Part shown: positions 1 through 11,303 of the stretch, one piece after another
Layout of the letters: each line of letters begins with the position of its first letter
Position numbering within the stretch: the stretch's first letter is position 1
Assembly (NCBI GenBank): GCA_010909165.1
Contig: VJWM01000179.1
Span: 186,001-250,000 of the forward strand
Reading direction: 5' to 3'
DNA length: 64,000 bases
Source of the DNA: Anthoceros angustus
Taxonomy: Eukaryota > Plantae > Anthocerotophyta
Program-made: the position numbers and the translations under genes
Notes under the pieces: model-generated
What the model was told of the DNA's origin: nothing
Seen by the model: the letters and a program-made list of their open reading frames with translations, nothing else
Database searches by the model: none

Positions 1-889
1 AGGCACCTTCATGGCAAATCACTTTGATCGCCATTATTGCGGGAAGTGTCGTCTCACTTACGTGTATTCGAAAGCAGGAGGAGAATAGGTTTTTGCATAC
101 CTGTTGTATTGTCAGCTAGTGTTAGTACAATTTTTCTAGTGGAAGCCACCAGACGAGTTTTTTCTGGTGCTTACACGCAGGCCCTTGTGTCCAAAATGGA
201 GTGGCAGTTGCAGTTAGGGGTTGGGTCTACCGGTACTGGTATACGCTTTTTTCTTTCTCTGTAAAATTGTTCCCTAATCCTGCAAAACGTGGTCCTGCAA
301 TTTGGTAAACATGATTGTGACTCTCGAAGTTGGTAGCGTGTTGGTAGCATTGTGGGATGGAGTATGACAGCTCCTTTTAACTCCGAGTGCGTTGTGAGAC
401 GTGGCGTACGACGGCTCCTCCCAGTTCCGTGTGCCTTGAGCTTATAATCCCGAGTGCCTCCAGTTCGAGTTAATGTGTATACGAACCCACAGGTTTGGTC
501 TGGTTGGATCAATGGCAAACACGGATGCATCTCTCTCTCAGTTCTCCTTGTGCTCCCAGAAGGCGATCTCCACGCAAGGGATCTAGAGAATGTACAAAGT
601 GCTACAACCAATTTTGTACACAGCTTCTCTACCCCAAGAATTGGACATTCAGCGTACTTTACAACCCGCTTGTCGCAAGGAAGGTGTCAGCCGCAATATC
701 AATTGAATATGAGCAAACTCCTCTGATCTACGTTGGCAGCATATCAGGTATTCTGATTTCAGAAAAACCATTTGAAGCTTGCCAAGAAGCACTGGCCGGT
801 CACTAAGCTTGTGCTATACACAGCTTCTACCAAAGCTAGATACACCAAATGAGAATGATACAAGTACAAATACTCAGCCCCCACCTCTG

Positions 890-3227
890 TCAATGATCCA
901 CAATCGCACTGTCAACCATCGCTGGTCCCTCTTCCCATCCCCCCCATGTTGCAGAATTACAGGACGCTCCCCCCCGAATGCGCTTCTGCAGGTGTTCCAG
1001 ACTGGCAACCCTCTGCATCGAAGGTGTGCGGCCCATTTTCCCTCCTCCTGACTGTTCCACGGAAGGTGTAACAGAAGGTGGTGGCTGCCGAACATTCATG
1101 AACTGTGCCTGCACCTCACCCTGTCCACATACACTACTTGAGGTGAAGGAAGGAACCTTGAAGCTGACATTTGAAAGATAACTTGCTGAATGATGTGGTG
1201 TCTGGCCGTTCATGGCTGTTGCCCTTGCAACAATGTCTTCGGCCATCTTCACCTGTGGCATGAGAGCTCACATCAGAACTACACAGATCCTGAGCATTCT
1301 GGGGTGTATCTAGTATGCTGCTAGTATGTATCTACTATAATCCGTAAGGTATAAAGCTCTTGTGGTGGTGTTCCACATGATAGAATGGTGAGTGATTCCA
1401 AAAAACGTCTCAACGAGCTGTATCTAAGGCTCACCTTGGCTCTTAGAGCCTCACAATCCGCCTTCAAGACGCGGTTGTCGACAACAGCGTCATTGTACTT
1501 CTGGCTGACTTCATTAAACTGTTTCACAAGAGTAGAATTTTCCACGCGTAGCTGGGCCACCTGCGAAATCACCCAACCATTGCTCGGCCTCAATTTGATG
1601 TTACCTCTACATCAGAGTCAACAGCTACAGTTTCTCTTATCAAGATCACTAGATCTCAGAAAAAAGGCTGAAAGTAGAAACAAACAGCATGGGTTGTACC
1701 TGCATTTCCAAATCACTCAAGTGCGCTTGTTTCCTCCTCCTAGAACGCCTTGCTGACTCCCTATTTGACAACATTCTGAAAATGTTCGCAGGTGCAAGCT
1801 GGTTCAGTAAAACCCCAACGTTGTGCTTCTAACACCCAAGGGACATTTCTCGACAGCCACACAAATGACCCCGTCAGTACAGATTGCTGACCTCTTGACA
1901 CGCTTGATATCGATCGCTGTACCAGGGTTCTGCTCATGACCTACATCCACTTCACCTTCGTCATCATCTGATTGGGAAGAACCACTCGTAGTTGGCTTTG
2001 CAACACCTGAAGGCTTTGGTGGCAGAGCTGGGATGCCTAACGGCCCAGGTACACCAGCAGACATTCCTTTCCCACCTGAAGGCACAGTTTGTGCACAAAC
2101 GGAGCATGATTCGCCAGATACATACATGAAAGAACATGGCCAAGTATATGGCATCGCAGAGAGAAGGCAGGTTGCTCTTCAAAACACAAGAAATCTCACA
2201 AAACAACGCACTTTGTGTTGACAATCGCCCTCCCAGACTGCTGAGTCCACTCAGACCAGACGCCATATGCCTGACGTTGTTGTCAGATTGCTGATGAACC
2301 AAACCAGAAGATGGAGCTTGATGCCCCAGTTTACTAACCTGCACGTCAGAAGACAGTTCCCATCAGGGGCGTACTCTCCGGCACTTGAACTGACAAAGCA
2401 GTTCAAAGCTTCCCATTAGGTCTCAAAAAACGTGTTCACTTCTACTGCACCTCCCATGATGTGACGGGGTTTGTCTAAAAGGGCCCTAGCGCAAAGCAGA
2501 CACGAAGACTGTAGATGCAAACTTTCAAAAATAACAAACTAACCCGTGTCAATGCAGCTGCACACGCAAGGTCCAGACGCTTCTTTAGGTAGCTTTCGTA
2601 CTCCTGCGGATTACTGGGTGACGCTATTGCTACCTCATCACGCAATCCTGCAAACAAAGGGTTAACAGCTACTTTCACCTCCGGCTGCTCCGGCTTCACC
2701 TGCCCCACCTCCTGCTTCACTTCCTCAGCCGCAGAATCCTCCTGCTGAAGTTGTTGCGTGAAGGACAAGACTTCCTCGTGAGGAGTCTCTACAGACCCAG
2801 CATCATCCAAGTTCCTGAGTTCCTCGTTATCTCCGACTGGATCAAGCAGCAGAGAAGGCTGGTGCACTTTGAACTCCTCGGGCTCATCCTGTCCTTCTTC
2901 TCCCACAGATAGAAGATTGCGATTATCCGAAATCGAAGGTGCAACGGCAGAAGCCTGTACTCTCAAGTATTCTTGAAACTCCCACTCCGACTCACTTCGT
3001 GGCAATCCCTTAATCTCCAACCCCAGCCCACCCGTGCCCCAGGCTGACCATGCTGCCTCTCCAGCATCTGTCCCCTGTCTGTGCCCTTCCTGCTCCCACT
3101 CAAAGCCTGCCCCATGTGCAGTTGAGGCTACACGAGATGGTGAAGCACCTCCACTATTACTCTCCCCCTGAGTATCCAGCTTCCAAAATGTTCCTAGGAT
3201 GTCATCCACCGAAGACGCACGCTCCAT
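890..3227 (-). CDS. Group C bZIP transcription factor (bZIP9/10/25/63, Opaque2-like), 6 exons: 3227-2544, 2338-2212, 2075-1892, 1775-1700, 1560-1435, 1252-890
   Basis: GT-AG splicing gives a continuous frame. It contains the N-terminal [12 protein letters not shown] and [15 protein letters not shown] motifs, the basic region [28 protein letters not shown], a leucine zipper and the C-terminal [24 protein letters not shown], which is typical of group C bZIPs. Confidence 0.95.
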
Positions 3228-5108
3228 TTGTGGATCCTCTGTCCACACGTCTGCGAAAAGTCCCCCCCAAATTCGAGCCCTCACAATTGCACCTTATCGT
3301 AGCGTCTGTTTGACAAGCCTGAATCATACCACACCCCGGCTTTCCAACTCCCAAGCTAAGCGGCGCACAAATCCATAAGCATAATAACGTCGAGCTTCCT
3401 CATCTCGGCCATTTCCTACGATACACCTCAATTCGTCTTGCAGTAGGGACAGCGCTCACAATCCACTGCCACAGGGCATTAAAAAATGAGATCAGCGCCT
3501 CGGACGCACCATACATGCTTCCAAGTCTTGCTTGCACAAGACGCCGACTGCAACGTTCGCCGCTGCCTGTTTCTTTACAAGCTTCAGAGACCAGGCCTGA
3601 TAGCTTCCGCTGCCGCCGGCCTCATGGGAATTACCCACAATCACAGCAACCACAAGCACGCCTGCAGCAACAAAGGCCCGGGCGACAGGCCGGCAGTAAC
3701 CTAAGCAGCGAAAAGAGTCAGGCGCGCAAAACTCAGACTGCCACAAAACCCACAAGAACACAGCTTGCGGCCTCCCAGGAGAGCATCCGCAAGAATTCCT
3801 TCCAAAGAGCTGCAGCAGCAAAATTTGAACAAAGAATGAGCCCACGAGAAGCCCACAAGCAGCACATGAGAGGGGCACAGGGAGTGGGGAGACGACTCAG
3901 ACGGGGAAGACTCAATCAGAGGGCTCTTCCAGGAAAGAGAGGTAAAGCGATGGAAAGCGGGCTGAAACAGAGGCGGGAACCCAATCAGCAGTCCAGACCT
4001 GCAGGAAGAAACAACGGCAAGAAGCCGAATTGAGCAGCCAAGTGACCTGGGCTGCGAACGGAAAGGCGACCAGATCTGCTGTTCTGGGAATTGCTCGGCA
4101 GACTGGGCCAGGAACAAGAGACCCGGAGGCAACAGCAAGTGGACAGGCGTGGAGGGAAAGCAAGATCACAGCGGAGAAAAAGAGAGCCAGGGGCGGGAGT
4201 GGGGCAGTAAAGGGCTGAAGACGGAGACGGGGCAAGCAAGGCGGGGGCCGGGGGCGGGCGCGAGGCCAGGCGAGGCGGCTCGGAAGGACAGAGAGAAGGT
4301 GGGAGCACGCAAGACAGCCCAGCTTGCACGAGCAATGCATTAGGAAAGGTCGTTCACCGCGCCTGACTTCTTACCCATTCACCTGCTTGCTTCGGGCTCC
4401 GCGGCTTATCCCTAATTCCCACCGAACATCTTTCGTAACGCACTTTTGTGCAAACTTCCCGTCTTTCAATTTTTTGTTTTGTTTTGTCTTTTATCAACAT
4501 ATTCACGTAGGCCGCGGTCTAGGTACCAATTTCCAAAGATTAGTAGCACCTCCATAGAATATAAATATGTTGAATAATTATATGCAAAAGATTAGATATA
4601 GTTTTTATATCAAACTATATTAATAAAATACTAATGGAGCTATGAGATTTGATGATTAAACACGACTTAGTTTTTGTATGACCCAAATTGTAATGAAATA
4701 GTTATCTTGAATGAAGATAATTATGATAAGTAACAGTAAACAAATATATTTTGTGAAGGAGGAAGAAGTAATCCTTGTTCTAATCTATGGGAAAGAAAGA
4801 CTAAAAACGTTTCATGGATAAGAACTTTAAAATGAAGAAGACTTCTCATGTTCAAGATAACACAAAATAGTTTGGTTTTGTGAGATTGTCTGTTTTATAG
4901 AAGCCTTGATGAGTAAAACCACTTCTCAATAACTCTTTATTCTAAGGTGAAGTTGTTAATATTCGTACTAAGAAAACAGTTGGTTTGTGCAAGTTGCAGA
5001 CCAAAATAGCTGTAGAGTTGATGCTAAGAAAAAAAATCTACAGAGTGAAGCCAATTTTTATCGGTGGAAAGAAACAAAAATATCACGTTTATGAACATGG
5101 AACACCAC

Positions 5109-5179
5109 CGCCATTGCCGGGGATCGAATCCGGGTCACCTGCGTGGGTGGTGGGGATACTTACCACTATATAACAACTT
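5109..5179 (-). pseudogene. Degenerate tRNA-Asp-derived pseudogene
   Basis: The reverse complement reads TATAGTGGTAAGTATCCCCACCACCCACGCAGGTGACCCGGATTCGATCCCCGGCAATGGCG. This follows plant tRNA-Asp(GTC), but the anticodon loop, T-loop and acceptor stem are mutated. Confidence 0.85.
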
Positions 5180-6585
5180 CACTTACATTCCGAACAACTT
5201 TAACACCATACTATAAGGATACAAACTATAAGACACCAAGAGCATATAGGTGTGTTGAATTTGTGTGCAACCGTTGGAACATAAGAAGGTGGATTATCAT
5301 GAAGTCAACATTTGGTGCTCATCCAAAATGAGCACTGTTACGTCACTCAGGACTCCATACATGAACCCACTTCATGCCTTCTTTTATTCGTAACAAAGTC
5401 TCAAGAGATTTGACTACTTTGTGACAAGGATAAGATGATGTGTAGTTCGCGTTGGATCGCTCCGGCTTAGCACTCCAATTGATTTGTGCTAGATAAGGTA
5501 TGCAAAGGGAGGAAAACCAAGAGGCAACAAACAACCTCTTTGCCCTCAAAGCTCCTTGTAACTGTTCGAAAGTGTTTTTTTGACGTTGCTGTTGCTAATG
5601 TGCGCGAAAAGCATAAGGTGCCGAGCCTACTCAGTGCCTCAGGGCCGAACGGGCGCGCCGAACCGGCCGTCAGGGGAAAGGGGAACTTTCCATGTGTTGC
5701 CCACTTTATCCAGTGTCTCCGGTGATAAAGAGCGGTGTTCGCAGGCACCACGTCACGGCGTCGCAGATGAGCGCGCGACAGGTGGCAGAGACCTAACTTT
5801 ATAACCGCGCCATGTCGGAAACGGGTAACTGGCCGGCCACGTGCCTCCCGCAGGGCCGCTTCTGCGTGTTAGAAAATGGGAAATTATGTGTAGGTATTTT
5901 CATCCGAGGCCCCCGGAGCCGGCGCCGGCGATCGGGGTTCACGACCGGTATCGTGTTTGTGGATGGCGATTTTATCTGCTGGCCAGCCGCGGGAGGAATT
6001 ATGGAATATATGTGACATTTGTATGTATATTCGAATCTATTCCTTTTTCCCCTTGGCTTTGCTTGGCTTTGCTTGGCTTTGCTTTCCGCCGAGGGCCCGA
6101 GTTATCCAATTCCCATGGACGAGAAGCCAAGAGTGTGCCGACACAACGCACAACTTGGAGGCCGCCAGCGAGCCGAGTTCGGGCGGCCTGGAGGCTGGAA
6201 CCTGCACCGCCGGTACGGCCAGCCTGCTGTGGGCCCCGCCGCGAGTTAATGCAGCAGTGTGAAAGCGGCTCGTCACGCGCTGCAGCACGTCCTCCCCGTG
6301 CCCCGGCTGCCCGGAATCTTCCCCCCACCACGTGCTCCTGGTGTGCACACACCGCGTTTCGGATGCTGGCTGCCTGGACGCGGTCACGTATCGAACTGCT
6401 GTGTCCCTCAATGCGGGGACGCGTTGCTTGTCTCTAGATGTGGCACAGCTTTTGACAGCAAAGTCGCCCGGGGCTTTCAGTCCTTGAATTCATAAATTAC
6501 AGATAAGAAGGAAGTAAAGACGGTGTCTGACCCAACCGAGTCCTGCCGCCCAGCTCTGCTCGTGTTGGCCATGTATGTACGCTCT

Positions 6586-6864
6586 TTATGGAGCATGCAT
6601 GTAGGCCTGGACCAAAGACTTTGCAGCGTGTACCTGTTCGAGTGAACTCTTCCATCAGTCTGCTCAGCTTGTACAATGGCAAGTCCATAAGTCAGTGAGT
6701 TGGGCACGTTACCTGCTCTGGGGTGCCCTCGATCGTGATGCTTCTGCCCGGGTTGCCGTCTTTCTGGCTGCTTACCTGTGGATGGATGTGCAAAGTCAGT
6801 TCACTTCGTTTCGTTTTGGTGTAGTTGGTTTAGATATCTGTTTGTGGTGTGCGTGCTTCACCCA

Positions 6865-6895
<31 letters not shown>

Positions 6896-8314
6896 TCTGC
6901 CTTTTGCTTTTTGTTGGCTACAATCTCAAGGATGAGTTTACAGACCTTAATAGATGCTCCAGACAGTGCTCTGATCTGGTTGATGTTGGAGCCCCCTCGC
7001 CCGATGACGCCTCCTATCTGGGTGCTGGGCACAGTCATCTCGGTAGTTATCTTCAGGTTGCCTTTGGTCGGTGCAGTGGGAGGGCGCATCATGCCATAGG
7101 CTACGCTGGGTGCTGGGCTTTGAACAGAAGGTTGAGAGCTTTGAACAGTGTATATAGGTATCAACAACTGTTGCTGTTGGGGCCCGACGCCGAAGTAGTA
7201 GGCAGGCCTTGCCACCGTGGAATCCCTGGGAGGGTTTACTCTGCAACCACCAAGTTTTTAGTTCAAGACACAACACTCACTACCTACCCTTTATGCATAC
7301 CCTTTATCCAACATCTGCACCAAGCAAGCTGTGTGAGTACAGCAAGCACGGTGAAGGTGGAGCAAAAGACGTGTGAACTAAGGTACCTGAGTTTGGCAGC
7401 TATGATCTCCAAAGCGTGCTGAACTTGCGGCACTTCACCTGACAACTGCAGCACAGAGGAACACATCACCAGATGCCAGTTTGCACACATGTAAAGTTTT
7501 GAAATAGAGGGCATGTCGGATGGTCACACCTGCACAAGGCGGTCACTCTCTACTACTCCTGAGCATACAGGCAGCTGTTCTGGCGGCATTACTCGCACAC
7601 TGGCTCCAGATGTGTCCCTGATTTCTTTGATGGTAGCCCCGGCCTTGCCAATCAGGCAGCCAGCTTGAGACCCAGCAATAAGAAGACGAGTTAGATTTGC
7701 TGCAACATGATGTTGGGGGCCAATAGATGCAGTTGCAGTGCCCTCAGCTTGGTCCTGCCAAACCCAACCCAACTTTAGAAGTTCATAGGAACTTAAGATC
7801 CAAAGAAAAGCAGGTATGATCGCTACCCTAATTGGACGCGGCATGCTTACAATCTCTACTCTGCAAAGCTTCTGTAATTGCAAGGTGAGGCAAAGCGAAA
7901 ACCCTGGGAGTGTAGCTGGACGCACCTCCAAAACAACTGTGGCCAGTCGCAGCAGGGCATCTTCAGCAGCAGTTCGAGAATTGCTAGACTCCTCTTTGGA
8001 GGTTATAACCACCACACGTTCCTCCACATTCTGCAAGTGTGCCTTCCGTCAATCAGACATGAACACAAATAGGTTACAGGAGGGAACAAGGACACAGGGA
8101 CCAGGAAACGCACCGAGATTGGGTCTGTGATCTTTATCCGTGCAGAAGTTTCCTCTCTCAGTTGCTTGATCTGCGCACCCTGTTTCCCTATCAATCTGCC
8201 AATCCTGGTTGATGGTATGAGGAGGCGGAACACGGTCTCAATAGTGGTCCTGGCAACCCGTTTTGCTGAGCCAGGTCCTTGCTCGCTGCTGTCGTGAGCC
8301 CTTTTCCTAGACAT
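6586..8314 (-). CDS. Three-KH-domain RNA-binding protein (FLK/PEPPER/HEN4-like), exons 8314-8114, 8030-7926, 7754-7530, 7445-7387, 7240-6946, 6775-6713, 6633-6586
   Basis: Three GxxG KH cores (FRLLIP..RIGRLIGKQG, LLIAGSQAGCLIGKAG, TVPSTQIGGVIGRGGSNI) are joined in frame by canonical GT-AG introns. The start codon is less certain because an acceptor lies just upstream at 8322. Confidence 0.92.
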
Positions 8315-9554
8315 CCCATCCGCTGAGGAAACAGAGGAAACGTTCGGGAGTACATGAGCTGCCAAACGGCTATGATCATAACTGCTCACATTTGAGCACA
8401 TCTGTAGTGCTTGGCGGAGTAGCAGCCTTTTGTAAATCTCGGAAGGTGTCTGTCTCACTCCTGGGTATCCTCAAAATTTGTTCCTCTCAGCTCACTTGGC
8501 TCGAAGCGTCCTGCTTCGTTCACGAATTGGATCAAAATCAAAATTAGCAACTACCCGAAGTAGCTTTCCGTCACAATTTGGGCCGCCAACCAATACCCCT
8601 CCCTTCCGACACAGAAAATCACAACCCAGCCCCTTGCCCTCCGAGCTGGTACCAGAAGATCGGAATCCTCGAGCAACTCAATTTCAGGACCTTCAGGGTC
8701 TTGTGGATCGGAAACAGACAACGTCAGATAGGGCAACGCCTACAACTACCGTCCAATTCACCGCATAAGAGTGAATCGAAAAACTGTGCCTCGATCTAGA
8801 TGCCAGCACATGGTGTATGGGCTCTACGGAGGAGTGCCAAATGCTTCGGAGGTGCGCTCAAGTTGATACCAGATGCGGAAGGTACGGTTGCTCAAACACA
8901 GATCGGACGACTACTCCTTTTCACACAAGGCCGGCCAATCTGGCCAGGGGCGACCGCGATCCTGAGAGCATCGTGAGAGGCGGGCCAATCGTGTTGAATG
9001 TATCGCCTATGCATTTTGCATGATTCTATTAATAGCACCATCCCATCACCATTTAGGGTTTGTCAATTTCGTTTTAGGTGGCACTTTGCGTTCCCTTTGA
9101 AAGGAATATCAGCATCTAAATTCATACCTACTTAAAGAGAATGTCTAGCATTAATTCTTCTTACTTGGCTGCGGTATAAATCTGATTAGGTAGGTAAGAA
9201 ATATATTTAAATATAGAAATTAAAAATCAAATTAAAAGGAAGCTTTTTACTATAATTTCACTTCATTTTACAATTATCACAACGATAAGAGTCCGGGGTT
9301 CCCAGACCTAGTTTCATACGCAGAGAACAGGCCTCGCAGCAATATGAGCACTTATTCTGAAACATAACAGTCAATCATTTCAGTAATCATTAATTATTTA
9401 ATTATTTTCTCATAGCTTCTAATTTACAACATAAGAATTGATGAAACCATTTGTGAGAGCAATCCATGTAATATAATTCTTTCATACTAGGTATGTGATT
9501 AGATGCATATATCTACTTACCACAAATATTCAATAGATGTGTTAAAGAAAATGT

Positions 9555-10794
9555 TCACACAAAAATATTCTCCTCAAATGGGTTACTTATCAATGGTCTG
9601 TTATCGGCAAAATACACAAATTCTGCTGATGTTTTCGGGAGAGCCGGCTTGTTATGGAGCGCTCTTGTCATCTTGCCATAAGAGCGTGCATAAATATGCT
9701 GATGAAAAAAAAAAACATGTGTATGTTAGAAATTTATTCAATTAAAAAATATGTGATACTATATTGGTTATATTAACTCATGAGTGTTAAGATGTTAATA
9801 TACCTGTATGGCATGAATGTGGCCTGTGTAACCATTAATGTGATGTCTTCCTTCAAGAACCTCAAATCCATCGTTTTGTATAGGCTCAAGTTGTCTTTGT
9901 AGACATAGAGTCCTATCTTTATAAGGACAATTATTTTCTGGATAGGATGTTGAATGATATGTTTTAGTCACCCCTTTATCAGTTGTTCCAATGCAAGTCC
10001 TGAGAACATTGAAAGACAACAAAATAAAAAATCTGTTTGGTAAAATATGATATTTTTTGTGAAACATAACAAAAAATTCAGCACTTTTGTGCTCACACAC
10101 ACTACTAGAAAATCAGCAATTGTTTTGCAAAAAAAGGTGGAGTTCAATACTCCATCTCATCAAGAATGAGATTTCCGGAAGCATGGCGTGTTTCCGAGGG
10201 TGCTTCTCTTTTGCTACAAATATATTTTATTGCTCGAGGATCTTCATCCGGCCCCATTCCTTCTCGTCGACATCCTTGGGCATATAGGAATTGTCTTCCT
10301 TGTGGACGATGATCAACACTCTGTGTGAAAAAAGGCAGACAATTATTAGTGTTGAGCAAAATAGTAGTCCCCTGAGTTAAATTCTTTCAATGCCCCTGTT
10401 ATTTGAGCTGCAAATAGTCAGCTGACTTTTGAATCTTGATTTGCCTAAAAGATAGTTCACCAAATCTCAAATCAATCCTAAAACGAATTCTTAAGAAAAG
10501 AATGTCACCAACAATAGGTAGAGCTTTTTTGTATTGCCCATGTCGAATAGCATCATGTAGAACAGCTGCTCGATGAGTATTTTCGAGAGTAGTGTAAGAA
10601 AACACATGGTTTTTCTGGGATGGTTTATATCCAGTATATCCGGACATACACCCATCTGGCCTGTGAGTCAATCTGAAGTTTGCACGGGCAGGTATAGAAG
10701 GTGGTGGATTTTCATGCTGAGAAGGTGGTGGTACAAATCTCCGACCACATCCTTTCCACTCTTTAGGTTCTTTAGGAGGGATCACAACCGTCAT
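9555..10794 (-). CDS. FAM166/UPF0605 (CIMIP2-like) ciliary microtubule inner protein; exons ~10794-10512, ~10320-10151, 9999-9804, 9698-9555
   Basis: Two repeats of the FAM166-type motif: MSGYTGYKPSQKNHVFSYTT and HHINGYTGHIHAIQ/HIYARSYGKMT (spliced). The last three exons join in frame. The boundaries of the first intron are uncertain. Confidence 0.7.
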
Positions 10795-11303
10795 CGTGCC
10801 AGATTTATAATTTCAATAAGAAATTCCTGCAACAAGTAGCCAAGAGAGCAGCTTATGCACCTAACAACAAAGCGATCGCCACAATTGTTCACAAGAGACC
10901 TCAAACATATGACACAAAATCTTCTAGCAAGTAAGATTCATAGGCTCTCCCCTACCTAGAATGCGGTCTGCGATGGCTTTGAATCGAGAGTCATGAAGGT
11001 CACAAGTAGCGGCTTTATCCATAGAAGACACCGAGAGACAAATTAAGTAGCAAGGTGAGAGTGAGGCCGGTGCTTTCCAGAGAGACAGCAAAGGGTGCGA
11101 CTTTTTCCTCCTTGTTTCAAGCGTCGGGTTGGCACGTTGGCACCACCCTGAAACCTGAAAGCTCCCGTCAAACAAATTGGTTAAATGCTTCACACAAAAT
11201 GGAAAACGGAAAACGGTGGTCGTTATTGTGGGTGGAGTCAAGGGAACGCTTAGCCCTAATGTTGCGGTAACGCCTCCCGCTTGTCCCGAAGCCTGGTTGG
11301 GGC

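Noticed and set aside
8551-8736. Extra N-terminal coding exons of the KH gene
   Set aside because: The likely upstream exon (donor near 8388) has an in-frame TGA shortly upstream and no clear ATG, so I treated it as 5' UTR.
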